Origin: Camelus dromedarius
Lineage: Eukaryota
Direction: 5' to 3'
Assembly (NCBI RefSeq): GCF_036321535.1
Contig: NC_087436.1
Location: forward strand, 103,046,001-103,110,000
Length of the DNA: 64,000 nucleotides
Of the stretch, positions 35,483 through 49,479 are shown in pieces. The notes beneath the pieces were generated by a model. It searched no databases. It was not told the origin of the DNA and worked only from the letters and a program-made list of their open reading frames with translations. Position numbers and translations under genes: made by a program. Position 1 is the first letter of the stretch. The number at the start of each line of letters is the position of its first letter.

Positions 35483-38249
35483 TGTTTTCCTCACCACTTC
35501 AGTATGGTGAAATGTCAAGGAAAATCAGAGTGCCCGCCAAAAAATTTAAATAAAACTTAAAGTAAAACAAAAATAGAGCTTAACCTGCACATTGTTTTCC
35601 AAACCAAGGAAGTATCTAAGTAAATTACATATGGCTGTTTTCATGAGAAATACAGTGCTATTGATAAGATATTTATGCAGGTGTCCTTGGAATGATTAAG
35701 ATCCAGACATGGATTACATAGAAATAAAAAACATCCATAAGGATTTGCTGATATTGAATTGTTATATTCGGTACTTAAATTGCATTTTTATTTTATTTTT
35801 TTTTATTTGCATTCCCCCTTTTATTATCCTGACACATATAAATATCCCTTGACAGTAATTTTGACAATTCCATTTTCTCAGGTATTCTTGTATTTTCAGT
35901 GCTAAACTTGTCTGTAATCAAATGGTTTAGTCTATTCTATTGATTTCTTAAGCCAACACACATCAATTTGGAGCAACACTAGAATAAGGTCATGCAACAA
36001 ATCCTGAAATTGAGTATTAACCGTGTATTAAATGCTCTCAAGCCATCAAGAGTTGTGGAGTCCTACCTGAACATTTTTAAGTCAAACATAGCTGTCATTT
36101 ATGTCAGTTCACATACCAGTCATACCGTGATATTGCTTTATTAAATAATCCTTCTTATTAAAGAAAGTCAAAAAAGATTAAGATGGTAGAAATAGCAGCA
36201 CATTCAAGGCTTTTGTGCAATTATTTTTGCTTGTCTAGGCATGGCCCTGATGTCAAACTCCACCATGACTGCATTTTTATATCAATCTTATTTCCATTTA
36301 TATACCATAACTCTAGTACCCTGAAGGTACTCTAATCTCTTAAATGTCAATCAGAGGTTAAGGAAAGATTCATTCAGTGCTATCAAAGGCAATATTTTAC
36401 CTGAGAACCTCATCATAAACATCTGGATCTCAAGATTTCCAATCCTGCCCAATTTCTCTTTCAACACATCAAGTATTAAAAGATTCAATTAGAAGAAATT
36501 CTAAAGTCATTAACTCTGTCCCGTAAGCAAACCTTCAGAGTTGTGAAGGCTTGTTTTTAAAATGTCCTTTTAATATTTACTGAAATTATTTCACAGAATT
36601 TCTCTTTCTCTCTCTTCCCCACTCCCAACCTCTCTCACTCTCTCATCTTTAATTTGCATCCATAAGTTACTCTGGAAATGACATATCTCCATTACAAACT
36701 TAAACCAGTAATACTCACGTGTTCAAATAAGGTATTGACTTGAGTTCTCATAACATGGGAAGAATCAAATTAATACTATTTGTGACTGATTTAAAAAAAA
36801 CTATTGAAAGTTTTCAACCACTTGATTATGAGCCAAGAGTATATTTAAAGTTGTACACAATATGGTCATAATTAGTGAATTCCATCTTTTGTAGGAGAAA
36901 ATACAGGATGATTCTAAAGTCAGTATTATGAGAAATGGATGTCTTAACTAAAAATTCTACTAGATGAGGCTGCCTACATAATTCTAAGAAGAAATAAAGA
37001 TAAACGATCTGTCCATAATCTAACATTAATTGATGGAGACAGATAATGAATCCAGGCTCTCTAATTCTAAATATTCTTGCCAATATAATTTTATGTTTGC
37101 AAAATGTTAAGAGCTATTAAGTCTTTGTAGTTCACTGACATAAAGATCATGGGAAAAAGTTATTCATTTAGGAATCTGTATGGAATTCAGATTTGATATG
37201 CAATTTTTAGACAAAGTTGAAACTGCTAAGATTATTTGTAAAAATAATTTGTAGGGCATTAATGTGAATCTTTTTAATTTAGAAGGTAATTAAAATCATG
37301 CACTTCCTCAGAAAACACTCAGAATGAATATAAACATAGGACTCTTGCTCTCTCTCTCTCCACACACATATATACACATGTATATAAAATCACAAAGAAT
37401 ATATGAAAAATAAATGTATATTCTTGAACACAATTTAGAATATTGTCATCAATAGAATCTGAAATAAAGTCAAACTGTTAAATGTATAAATGATGGGTAC
37501 ACATTTAGATATCTAAGTGGATGACATTATAAATGGTACTGGTAGAACATAACAAATCCATACATACAGGACACACTATCACTATAAAATGTACAAGTTG
37601 AAGATCTAAATCAATCTTAAGTTTATATTAATACATTTTCAGATATTTAAAGCTTAAAGATATTAAAGAAATTATTAATATGTCTGCATATTTGTATTCC
37701 TACGTGTTATTCCTTGGAATCTAACTATTGTTGTTGCACAAATGTCACCTGGAATTCATCACAGTGGTTTGGGGAGACAGGATGAGACATAGCTGGCAGT
37801 TAACTTCTTAGTTAATAATCTTAGCCCCATGCCACCCCACTACCCAAAACATTTTAATTCTGAATTATTAAATACTACAAAATATCAAAACTAATGTTCA
37901 AAATCTCTCACTACAGTTTCCTTTAACATTTAAAATTTAAATTTGAAAAATAAAAGCTTATGTCACAATTTTCAGGTCAAATGTGTTCTGGCTCTGGCAG
38001 ATAAAAATAAACACACTTAAATCTCATGTTAGATTATAGATGGACTAATTCTATGATGCTGTTTTCTCATCCCCAACACTTAACCAAATATAACATGATA
38101 CAATGTAAAAAAAAAAATGTAAGCACTATTATTACAATAGCTTAATACCAAGAATATTTTTTACTGCTTTCATTTAAAAACATCTTTTCAAAATGTGTGA
38201 AATATTGCATTATTGGGATAGTGGAGAGTCTGTAAAATGTGACTCTGAT

Positions 38250-38632
38250 TGATGGTATTACTGGAAAGTAAAAATTCACCAGCTCCCTGATCTCCATTGG
38301 GAAATATACTTTCCCATCACATGGATGTTGTACTTGGCCTTGTGACTTGCTCTGAGCAAGTGAAATGTGAGTGGGTATGACATATATCGCCTGGACTCCT
38401 GCTCAGTATTACTGAGCCTCTTGGCCACTCTCATCCACAGGAGGAAAAGCACACTGCATGCAGTAGCTGCCTTTTCTGCCTAGGTGGATAAATGAAGATG
38501 TGTGAACAGACCTGAAGCAAGCCTGTGTCTGGAGCATCTGCTGCTCGTCGGCAGGTCTAAAGATGAGAGATGAACGTGTGTTGTAAGCCACTGAGATTCT
38601 GGCAGTGTTACCTAAGCAAAGATTGATGAAAG
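38250..38632 (+). mobile_element. MLT1I/J-like MaLR LTR
   Basis: cttggccttgtgacttgctctgagcaagtgaaatgtgagtgg...ttgtaagccactgagattctgg..gtgttac. Confidence 0.8.
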
Positions 38633-39169
38633 AGTATCTCACAATAAAAACAACAGCAAAACAGAACAAAATAAACCACAATATCCCTTCAATTGTCAGA
38701 GAACACTGATTGTACTATAAAATGATGCTGAAAATTGTACGGTCAAAAAGTTTAAAGTGGAGCTATGTGAAAACTAAAATGAGTTATTTGACTTAAAATA
38801 CATAATTTAGTTTGCTTTTTCTTAGGTTATTTGCCCAATCAGCCTATATTTTATTTATTTAAAGCACAGCTGCAAAGAAAAGTGAATCCATTTATTCAAA
38901 GTTCGTTTAATAAACATTTTAAAGTGATTACTGTAGCTCAGTTTCTTGTGGGTTCAAACAAAAAAAAAGAGAGAGAGAAAAAATCCTGTAATATGTAAAC
39001 TTAAAGATTACTCTTGTCCATTCCAGGCACCAAATTTTTATCCATGTTCTCTTCTTATAATTGGAGTTATTTGAATATTGATAGATATAATAGACATTTA
39101 AATGAGACCTTAAGAACACTCTGTTAAGTCAGGACTGATTTATTTTATAAATATCTAATAGTTTAGAGT

Positions 39170-39450
39170 AGTTGCATTAATAATAATGAATAAGCACCAT
39201 GTGTCTGCTTTTTTGTTATCTTTTGTTTTGCTTTTAATTGAAATATAATTGATTTACACTATGTGTTTATTTGAATTATCTCATTCAGTATTTACAAAAA
39301 TTCATTGCAGGCAGGTACTATTACTATGTGCATTTTCCAAAGTAAGAAGGAAGTTAAAAGTAATTTAATTGATTTTTCTAAATATAATCTGTAGGATTGT
39401 GATGAAGTTGCAGTTTGACCAATTTCCTTTGATTCTCTCATTGTTCTGAT
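39170..39450 (-). mobile_element. decayed MIR
   Basis: taagcaccatgtgtc...attatctcattcagt...ggtactattactatgtgcattttccaaag. Confidence 0.45.
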
Positions 39451-40574
39451 CACTCACTGAAGAATTATTTTCCCCAGACACGGTGGCAGCAAGTGAGCCA
39501 TTCTGGGCAGCTCGTAAGTATCTGATGAATAACCAACCATGATATTAATTAACCTTTCTAAGATCTCTTTATCTGCATAAATATGTTCTAATTTCTACTT
39601 GGTAATTCAGGGCCTTCAAAATTCAAACTTAACTCTATAGTTCAAACACCATTTCAACAAGTTGAGCTTTTTTTTTCTTTTCCACACAAGAACTGTGATT
39701 TTTGCCCTCATGAAGTTTTCTGCATGGTAAGGACAGAGCCAATGCTAACACTGTTACCTTAATTAACAGCATTTTATAAACTTCTACAGCTCTATGAGGC
39801 TTAGAAAGAATCAGATTTTACTTCCCCACTTTGTAGAAATAAAATATGTTTTGTGACTTCATGTAGTGCTTTTTTTTTTTAAACACAGCTATCAATAATT
39901 GAAAAAAAAAACCAAACTTTTGTATTGACTTCAGGGAAAGTGATTTACTTTGAGTAGATTTAGCTACTTTAATTCTGGTCCCATTATGAAACATCCCTCA
40001 GAAAATAGCACAAACATGGAGTTATAGTGGGAAAACTGGTTCAACTCACAACTTCACAGCAGTATAACTGCACCTAACAAGTTGACATTAGACTTCAGCT
40101 CCAGGTGATTCGCATTTTCACTGAGTTCTAATATTCAGTTCTTCCATATTTTGAACTAAAACCTGGTTCACTGGAATATTTACTACTGATCATGGCTTTT
40201 CCAATCTCAATCAGTGCAGCACTGATTCTTCTGGACAACGGAACTTCAGTGATTAGAAATCGCTTAGAATGTGTCCAGGCTAAATTCTCCTAAATTCCTC
40301 CACCGCATTTCATTATAAGCCCTAACTAACCCTAACTCTAATGCTTTCTTAGGTCCTTTCTTTACTGATCAACCTGCTTGAGATTCTTAAGTTTGTCAAT
40401 GTCCTCCATAGTATAGGGTGCTCTTTACAAAAAGAGTACTCACAATAATATAGTGAGAAGAATGTAGTGCGAGGTTGCAATACTTTGCTGTCATACAGGC
40501 ACACTCTTATATAAATATTAATTCAAAATCATTATGCAGCTTTTTTAAACCCCTCACAAGAAAAGCCATCAAGT

Positions 40575-40616
40575 AACCTCTTTGCCCCAGAAATAAACCT
40601 CTTTGCCCCAGAAATA
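40575..40616 (+). repeat. perfect 21-bp tandem duplication
   Basis: aacctctttgccccagaaata x2. Confidence 0.97.
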
Positions 40617-41924
40617 AAAAATATTAATATGATAAGTGAAAAGATTAAAAGTATAAATATTTTACCTTTATCTTTATAATATCATTTTTCATGTTCATTT
40701 ATTGCCCTCTTTCTCCTGGTGTCTGGGTAGCAAATTTTAAGACTGTATTTTTTAAGAAGGGGAAGACCACTAAGACCTGCAAGATCATGCTTTTGACATT
40801 TGTTTCAGAAATCCAGTTTCAGTATAGGACAACTCTAACTCAATGCGACAAACAGTCTTCAAATTTTCAATTACAAAAGATAAGGGAGTTAAAAATAATC
40901 TCAGCTTAGTAAAATGGCTAGGTCAGGCTTCACAGCTAGCTAGCCAGAGGGCCATCTGAGCTATCCATATGAGGCCATGTTTTTGCCTGCAGTCTGGTAT
41001 TTCTGTTTGGCAATCACCTGCACCTCTGTGAGACGATGGACCCTGTGGCTGGCCATGATACTGACGACAGTGTCAGTGATCCCAAGTACCTCCTGATCAA
41101 TCGTGCTGGTGTTATTGGTCAGATCTTAGGAGACAGAGCAGGGTGAATAGCGGAGGATACATGGATGAACCCTGTACCTCCATGATGTCTCAAGTCTGGG
41201 TGGATTTTAACACCCTTCTGAGTCTCAGTTACCACAGCTCTCTTGCCCACCTCCCCCCAAACATAAACACACAGAAGAAGTTTCTCCTGTCCTCTTTGGA
41301 GACAGAATGCTTGGAAGTTAATAGAGTCATAAACAGAGTTAATAACTACCTGTGAGGCGTTAATAGACAATTCTCTCATTACTGCAAGGCTTGTTAGTTT
41401 GGTTTTCGTGTAAATTCTTAATCTTCTCTTAGTATCAGCTATTGGGGCACATGAAAATCACTTTGCATTTGTCCCTTTTCAGATATATGCCAACCTTTTT
41501 AGACACTGGATCCTTATTTCTAAATCTAGTTACAACCTGAATTACCTATGGCCAAGGGAAGGAATGGATAGGCAGAATAAGGCATTATTGTAGTATTTCT
41601 TTATGAGTTTTTGTTTTATTTTTTAATATTTAATGCTTCTCCTCAGCTCGCTCGTTTTTAGATATATGTTGTTTTCATCTTTCTTCAGGGACTCTACTTT
41701 TCCAAAGATTTAATCATTTTTATGGCTTTCATTATTGACTAAAAGGCAGAACACATAAACACAATATTTCTTACACTTAACAGCTGACAAAAATGCAGTG
41801 TTTGATGATCTACCATAATGCTACCAACTTAAGTGTTTTTTCTCCAGGAAAACTAATATTTCAAGGGCAATATAAGGGATCAGTAAGAATACGAAATGTT
41901 AGCTAATTCATAGTGCTAGCATTC

Positions 41925-42300
41925 ATAGTCATAGAATCTTCTGACTACGGGAGATATTATTGATAGTGGCTAAAATGTATGTGGCATATAAGCCCCATTA
42001 CTCTCATCTCTTTACTGTACTTAGAGGTCCTTCAGCTCATTTGAAAGCCTTAGGTTAGGAGAGTCTTATGATTCTTAAAGAAGTCTATTTTCTCTGGAGA
42101 GCTCTGTATGTTAGAAGTTCATTTCAGTGTAATTTCCTTTTATTTCTTTGCAACCTCCCTCTTTACTCCTAACGTACCCCTTGGCGTCACGCAGGAGGAC
42201 AAATACAATTCTTTTTCCACATGATTACATATTATTTCACCTGTAAGTTTTCATATAACCTAACCTTAAGGTTTTCATGTCCTTCATCCTTCAGTGCAGT
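41925..42300 (-). mobile_element. L3/CR1 LINE 3' end
   Basis: tcatagaatc...gagctctgtatgttagaagttc...caacctcc...ttctttttccacatga matches antisense L3. Confidence 0.55.
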
Positions 42301-42369
42301 ATTTGTATTACTATTATATAACAAATAAATTTAAGGAGACATACTGTGCACCTCGTTCTCTGGGAGCTT

Positions 42370-42515
42370 CTCTGCTTACAAGGTATGTGAATTTGGGCAA
42401 AATATTTAACCTTTCTGTTTCATTTTTCTTTCCTGTAAGATGTGAATAACAGGATTACTGCAGTAGTACCTTTCTTATTAGATTGGCAGGAGGATTTTTA
42501 TTAAATGACTATACC
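42370..42515 (+). mobile_element. MIR SINE
   Basis: tgtgaatttgggcaaaatatttaacctttctgtttcatttttctttcctgtaagatg. Confidence 0.75.
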
Positions 42516-42519
42516 TAAT

Positions 42520-43080
42520 AACTACCAAAATATACTGTTTTAAAATGCATATAGCATATTTTAAAGATCCACATATGCTGACTCATAAGCATGTTTCAAA
42601 CATTTTCCAAAAAACTGAAACCATTAGACTATAATCTCTAACACCAGAAAATTTAACAAAAAAATTGAGAATAAGTATATAATTTGAAAATTCTTTGATA
42701 AATGTTTGGAAAGTAAGTAATGCGGTCCCAAATAATCCATGAGTCAAATGATTATATTTTGGAGGCATAGTCATAATTGAAATTAGGAAGTATTTTGAGC
42801 TGAAAGAGAATAAAAATGTATTATAATCATGGAAAGGCATTAAGGTCATGAAGAGAAAAAACATTTACCTTTAAATACACATATTTAAAGAGAAGGAAGA
42901 CTGAAAATCATTAATCATCCATTGCAAAAAATTACTAAAAGAATAGCAAGTTATTTTGAAAGAAAGAGAAAGAAAATAATAATAAATAGGATAAATTAAT
43001 AAATAGAAAAAAAACTAGTCTCCAAGCAAAATTGGATTCTCTTAAAGAATTAGCGAAGTAATCTCTGTCAAAACTGAGAA
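42520..43080 (+). mobile_element. old L1 (L1M5/L1ME) ORF2 fragment
   Basis: aaataatccatgagtcaaa...gaaattaggaagtattttgagctgaa...gaaggaagactgaaaatc. Confidence 0.7.
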
Positions 43081-43699
43081 CAGTTGTTGTGCAGGCAAAA
43101 GGAATTACAATGACTGGGCATGAGATGTAAACTGAGCTAGTGAAGTAAGAATGTTGGGAGGAATGAAGGACGTATTTTCCCCTGACTTACCCACTTCTCT
43201 TGTGAATCACTCCAATCTGTCCTGCTTTAAGTCCTAGTCCCAAACCAAAGAGCTAGGAGGATGCTATCTACTCTTCCTTACTCCCATTGATAATGCCAAA
43301 TTATTATTTAACAGCAATTATGGGTGTCTACTGATATACAGAGTTCTTTCTCTTTATTGTCAATTACTGTATCAATGGTTTACAATTTTTACTAACTCTG
43401 GCATTAAGCACTTGAAGAAACATGCTGATATTTCTCATAAAATCACTCTGGACACACAATTCTTTTTTTCCCTCCCCTTCTCCTTCAGTTCCATCCTTCC
43501 CTTCCCTCCTTATTTTCCACCTCTCCTTCCTTCTTCCTTTCCCTCTTTCCTTTGTTTACTTCCTTCCACAAAGATATAAGGTGCATGTGACATTTGACAG
43601 GATCCCGGGGATTTAAAATTGAACAAAGGGGAGTCCTTGTGCTCAGGCACCTCACAGCCAGTCAGGATAGTGAAAGCAGAAGTAGGATGGATGAATTGA

Positions 43700-43910
43700 G
43701 TACTTCTTGTAGCATCGTCTCTCTAAATATATCATCTCATTTCATCATCACAACAACCCTATAAACAGGTACTAGTATCACTTCCACTTTACAAATTAAA
43801 ATAACTAAAGTGAAGGGAGATAAATAAAGTGAAGGAAGATTATTATATTCAAAATGAGTATTAAAACAAGGATTAAGCCCAGACAATCTATAGCTATTAC
43901 TAATCTAGAC
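43700..43910 (-). mobile_element. MIR SINE
   Basis: atctcatttcatcatcacaacaaccctataaacaggtactagtatcacttccactttacaaat. Confidence 0.75.
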
Positions 43911-44649
43911 ACACCTCCAAATTTTCACCACTAGTAAGTGAATTTGTAACAATGGGTAATCAATAGAGGCATGTATGATCTTTTCATCTCTACTGAATTC
44001 CTTCTCATTTCTATCATGGCTATCTCAAACCATGATAGAGTATAGGGCCACTTGATAACTTATCGTCAAAAATGTACTGCCATCACAATCGCAAGTTCTG
44101 AAAGAGTGCTGATATTATCATGTTCAGAGGGTCAAAGTTTAAGTCACAGTTTTGCCATTTGCTATTTTTGAAGATTTCTCATTTTTCTTTTTTAGACCTC
44201 AGTTTTCTCATTCTAAGAAAGAGAACTTTATTTTTTTTAGAAGACTTGATATTTTTGCTACCATTTGATCCTTGAAATTCCTTGATATGCAAGTGTGTAA
44301 AATATTTACATATTTATGAAAATTTGGACCAGTATGCTGTAAAATGGAAACAGATACTGTAGAATGTTTTACTATTTAGCTTATCTCTTTCCCTGGGACA
44401 TGGAGACAAAAACATGGTGGAAGAAGTTGCAGAAGTTAAATATAAGAAGTAAACAGCAAAATTAAGAAGGTATCTAAAGTGATGTTGAAGAAAGTAATAA
44501 CCATAGAAGTCCAAGAAAAAAGTACACGACAGGCATGGAGCACTGATTTTGAAATAGCTTTGGAGATATAAAACCAAGAAAATAGGATAACAGTATGATT
44601 AGGTGGTTTTAGACATATTAGTGGATTATATTTCAAGATTTTAGGTAAA

Positions 44650-45745
44650 TGTCAGTGTCAGTTAACTTTTGTGTATGTGTGTGTAACAAAGCAAAGCAAA
44701 CCCAAACCAAATGGGTTAAAACTACAAATGCTTCTGTAAATTACCCTTCTTTAAGTCGATAAATTGGACTGTGTTTAGCTAGAATGTTCTGTTGATCTGG
44801 GTCAGGCTCCGCTGATTTCAGCTGCACTCACTCAGGTACTGGTTTAGTCTCCTGCCAGTATGCTCAACATGGTCAGTCCCTTATCCTTTGCAAGGCTATC
44901 TTAGACTGTCTTACATGCCACCAGTGGCAAGGGCTGAGGAATCCAGCTTCTGCCAAAACTCTATGTGTGATTTTTCAGGCCCAATCATAGGCAATTACAC
45001 AGGCATCTCCTAACAGGCCCGGGGAGAAGCTTCCGTCCCCAGGTCGGACTTGGTGTGCAGTCACTGCATTGCAACCTCTGAAAGGAACTGCCTTCAAGGG
45101 CACAGGTCCCACCTTGCTCCTGAATGTATCTGCATTTCTAGCCCTGGTGCCTCCATTCAGAGGCCTCTTTATCCAGAGCCATCAGCAGAGGTCTCTGTTG
45201 AGACCTCTATTTAGATGGAGACAGGAAAGGACCACTTTGAAGACACTTTTTCCACTTTGACTCGGTACTTAACACTTTCATCCTTTCTCCCCTCTCCCTT
45301 CCTTCAGCCCCAGGTCCATAAAACTGCCAGAATGTTTTGTTTGGAGCTCCAGGGCTGAGGTGATCTCTGACATCTGTGCTGATCCACTTGGCCCTTGACC
45401 TTTAGGGAAACTAGAACAGTCGGAGTTTTCTCGAGTTTAGCCTCTTCCTCGTATTATTTCAGGAAGTGACGAAACCCTTGACTGTCCTCTCGTTTTGGCT
45501 TATTGTCTTAATTGGTTAGTCCCACTTCTGGCAGCTCAGTTCAGTTCTCTGCAGCTCAGCTGAGCTCTAGACAAGTATTCAAAGAGCAAGAATGAAAGCA
45601 CATAAAGACTACTGAGACCCAAGTTTCGAACTCACATGATGTTGCCTTCACAGTCGGGGCAAGTCAGCCATCCTCGATTAAAGGCGAAAAAGAGATACTC
45701 ATATAATGGAGCAACTGTAATGAACTGTGGACATTTCTACAAGGT
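44650..45745 (-). mobile_element. MLT1G/H-like MaLR LTR split by a nested LTR
   Basis: gtgtaacaaa..cccaaa...ggctccgctgatttcagctgcactcactca...caaggctatcttagac; resumes at 45574 with ttcaaagagcaagaatgaaagc. Confidence 0.65.
44935..45573 (+). mobile_element. ERV solo LTR (family uncertain) nested in MLT1
   Basis: TG...CA ends (tgaggaatcc ... gagctctagaca), cataaaa TATA-like ~45318, GC-richer than flanks, interrupts a colinear MLT1. Confidence 0.6.
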
Positions 45746-45964
45746 CCCTCTGGGAATTGTAGTTTTATGGAATAATTCAGGGGATCTATCGTCTGCTCCT
45801 CCCTCTTTGGTATGTCTTGCTGCTCAGCTGCGCCATGCTTGAAGTATTATTCACTGTTAAGCATATTAGTCACCAAAGGTGTGACCACAGTGTAGAATTT
45901 ACACACTGGGGCCAGAAGAGGAAAGTCATAGAATTAAGGAGAAGTAAAAGTGAGAGCTCAATGC

Positions 45965-46272
45965 CATGGCTAAAAAACTGGGAGTGTTTAGTTCAAGAAG
46001 GAAAATTTAGTTTTAAGATGATACTTACATAAAGGGGAATAATCTTATTCTATATTATCCCAAGAGGAAGAATTATATCAAAGGCTGCAGGCTAAGGAAT
46101 CAAGACTTAAATGCATGATAGGGAAGGCAGCTATAACAATTACAAAACCTTCTGAAAAGAGAATAGACTGACTTGTGAAAAACTGAAGGAGATGTAGAAT
46201 GAAATATCAGAGATGTTAAAATGGGAAAACTTTTAAAGATCTTTCATAATCACAAAGTTCTTTGGTTTTATG
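45965..46272 (+). mobile_element. L3/CR1 LINE 3' end
   Basis: aaactgggagtgtttagttcaagaagg...atcttattctatattatcccaagaggaagaatt...ttttaaagatctttc...ttctttggttttatg. Confidence 0.55.
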
Positions 46273-47014
46273 TCCTGTCCCTTCATTTTAAAAATCTACT
46301 TTATACATTGAGCTTTTCTCCCTCCATCAAAACTTAAATGAAAATATACAAATATAAGTAAGTGAACTGTTGCTTTTAGTAGGAATGAATAGAAAACTAA
46401 ACTGTGTTTCACATATATGTTACTAATTCAGACACGCACTCACCAGCCTATGTGTGTGTATGCATGTAGGTGGTGTGTTAAAGTATGAGACATTGGAAGG
46501 AACTGGAATGTGGAATTCTCAACCTCATAATGTGTTATCTGCATTCCTTTTTAAAACGGTTATGTTTTGCTATTCATAGCAAGCAGTATCTTTACCAAGA
46601 TAGATTTATTTAGTTTAGCACTGGACTTCAGGATAAGGTGCAGTATTTTTGTGAAGTTTTAAGAATCATTTCAATTTCTCAGGAGCATATATTTACTAAC
46701 TAAAAATTATGTTAGCATGAACTCAAGCCAAAGTAAACTTATGGGTTTTGGCACTTACTAAAGGTGCAAATGTGAGCACACGACACTTTAGCTCCTTGAC
46801 TAGTAAAGTTAACGATAATAAGATTAACATACTATTTTATGATCTTTGTGAGTTTTAAATTTGACAAAGCATGCAAAAAATAGCACTTTGCATGATGCCT
46901 TACAAAAAATAAATGATCAATAAATGTTATTTACTTATCATTATTATCATCATGATCATTATAATCATCATGATTACTTTAATCAGAAAAATCATATGAT
47001 ATAATAATGCAATA

Positions 47015-47250
47015 CTTTGGAATCTGCCACTCTGTGTTCAAGTCTTAGTTCAGTTACGGAATAGCCAGTGACTACTGATAATTTAATTAAGTCATCTGTA
47101 TTTCAGTTTTCTCATCTGTAACATGGGAATCATGATATTACCAAATTATTACAGTTGTTTGATTATTCAATTAAGATGATAGATCTAAGGTTCTTAGAAC
47201 AATGCCAGACTCACAGCAATACTCCAAAAATGTAAGCTACTATTATTAGA
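47015..47250 (+). mobile_element. MIR SINE
   Basis: ctttggaatctgccactctgtgttcaagtc...cagttttctcatctgtaacatggg...cttagaacaatgccagactcacag. Confidence 0.8.
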
Positions 47251-48781
47251 TTTATCATAATGGAATTTGTTTTTTATCACCATTACATCAGAGGAGATGA
47301 CACTGAAGCAACTGTAATAGACTGCATCCACGAGTTTTCTTTTTTGGTCTTTTTTTCATGAAAGGGAATCTATATATTCCTATAATTTATAGATTTATTT
47401 ACTGAGTCACACATTATGTACAAAATAATAAACATATGAGTGACTTGAAAATAAATGAACCAAAAATTATAATAGCACAATTATATACTTGTGTTGATTA
47501 CAGCTTTTTAATCAGTAATTTTTCTGTTAAATATTAGATACTTGAGCTTAATTCTTTTTTTCAATATTTATTTGTCAAAAATGTGTGTGAGGACTGAGGT
47601 TATGGAAGGAAATATAATTTCCTGATCTATTTTCTCATTGAGTTTACATTTTAGTGAAGAAGTCAAACTTTCACATCATTTAATATATATATTTTGGTGT
47701 TTAGCTCTAATTTTTCTGGGAGTATTAATGACGGTAATAAAGAAAAACTCAGATACAATTTAGACTCAAACTGTAAAAGACACCTTTGTACTTTATCTTA
47801 ATTTTCTCATTCAGCGCATCACTTACGAAGCTATCCCACAATACAGCTTCCAATTCTGTCTTCACAACATTCACCTTTTATTGAGTGTCCTTCTCCATCC
47901 TTCAAAAAAGAATCTTGTTGTAATTGTTTACATGTCTCCTGCTCTCTAGATCATATTTTCAATGAGGGCAGTGGCCCATGGAATTAGTTTCATGGAATTA
48001 CAATCGTGGCATGGACTTTAAGAAAGTAAATGGTTTCACTAAATGGAATTATAGAGATACCATGATTCATCCATGACTTAGAGACCAAAATACAATGATA
48101 ATTCCTCCTGTTGAAAAAGAAAGTAATTTCTACCTTAGAAAGAAAGCTTGGGTTATGTTCACCAAATAAAGTCACATTGTCTGCTGCTAAAAAAGTGTCA
48201 CTGGTTATTCAGTGAGCCAACTGGCTCACAATTTGCATGTAATCTGATTATATGAACTATAGCCTTTTCTTTTTTCATAAATAAATTGTATTGCTCTGTT
48301 GGCCTGTTTTAATTTCCCTAGTTCAAGGGACAGACATTTGATAGGAGAGTGCTTATTGATCTTTGAAGAGCCATTATATATTATTTCAAATGCTTTTAGA
48401 ATAGAAAAAAAAAAAAAGGGAAAAATATTCCCTTAGGTTAACACATTTTTTTTTCCCAAACACTAGTGTGGAAATAGCTTGACCCACATTATTAAAAGGG
48501 CTTATTGATTTTTCTTAGAGAAGCAACCTGACTAACAACTTCATTCACAACATTTTAAAGCACAGGAGTTTATTTCACTTGATCATGATGCCTGTGAGAA
48601 TTTTAAAGACTTCCCAGTGGCTGTGACTTAAAACATGAAATCAAAACAATCATCTTGAGATTTTCTAAACATTATTCATCACTCCCACTGGTCATTATAT
48701 ACTCTACCTTAACTCTTTTATTGACTTCATTTTTCAACCATCTGAAGAATGATTTAAGCATAAATCTCATACTAATAACAG

Positions 48782-48883
48782 AAATAAAATAAAATAAAAT
48801 AAAATAAAATAAAATAAAATAAAATAAAATAAAATAAAATAAAATAATAAAATAAAATAAAATAAAATAAAATAAAATAAAAA
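48782..48883 (+). repeat. (AAAAT)n pentanucleotide microsatellite, ~20 units
   Basis: near-perfect aaaat run with one aat interruption. Confidence 0.97.
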
Positions 48884-49479
48884 ACCTTCTGCTGTTTTCA
48901 TTAGTAGGGTATGTCTTGCTCTCTGCCTGTATCACTTTTGGTGTTTCTAACAGTAAGTTTTTTTTTTGAATGAAAAAACAAAACCACAGAGATCATGTCA
49001 ACAGTTTATCACTTGTTATCTACCTAATGATTAGAGTCTTAAATCAGAAAGAAAATGAAATAACTCTTTTAATTAATTGGCTGCATAAAGGGATTATGCA
49101 CTTCACTCAACATATAAAAGTGAGTATAATTACTTTATCAACAGGATGACAAAATGCACGCCATATCAAATACTCTGAATGGAGTGAATTGAACCACTCC
49201 TAAATCCGTACATGTTTCTATCTCATTTTCCTTTAGAATTATTGTTTTTTCACTAAATGCTAATCTAGTATACTCAAATTGGAATAATCATGAAACAAAC
49301 TTATGTAATTCTTATTTGGTTCTGGAAACTTCTCTGCAATATTTCTACCAACTGACTGCTAAACTACTTCCAAAATGCAGTATTTTTTTACTTATCTGAA
49401 TTAAAATGTATTTTATAGATCCAAAACCTGAGTCTTTATAATTTTATCCAGTAGCCAAGTTCATTTGCCCATGTTTTGA

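Noticed and set aside
40320..40341. Interstitial telomeric repeat (ccctaa ctaa ccctaa ctctaa)
   Set aside because: Only two exact hexamers, too short to distinguish from chance
48672..48935. ORF with (FYFIL)n repeats as a membrane protein
   Set aside because: It is the translation of the (ATTTT)n microsatellite
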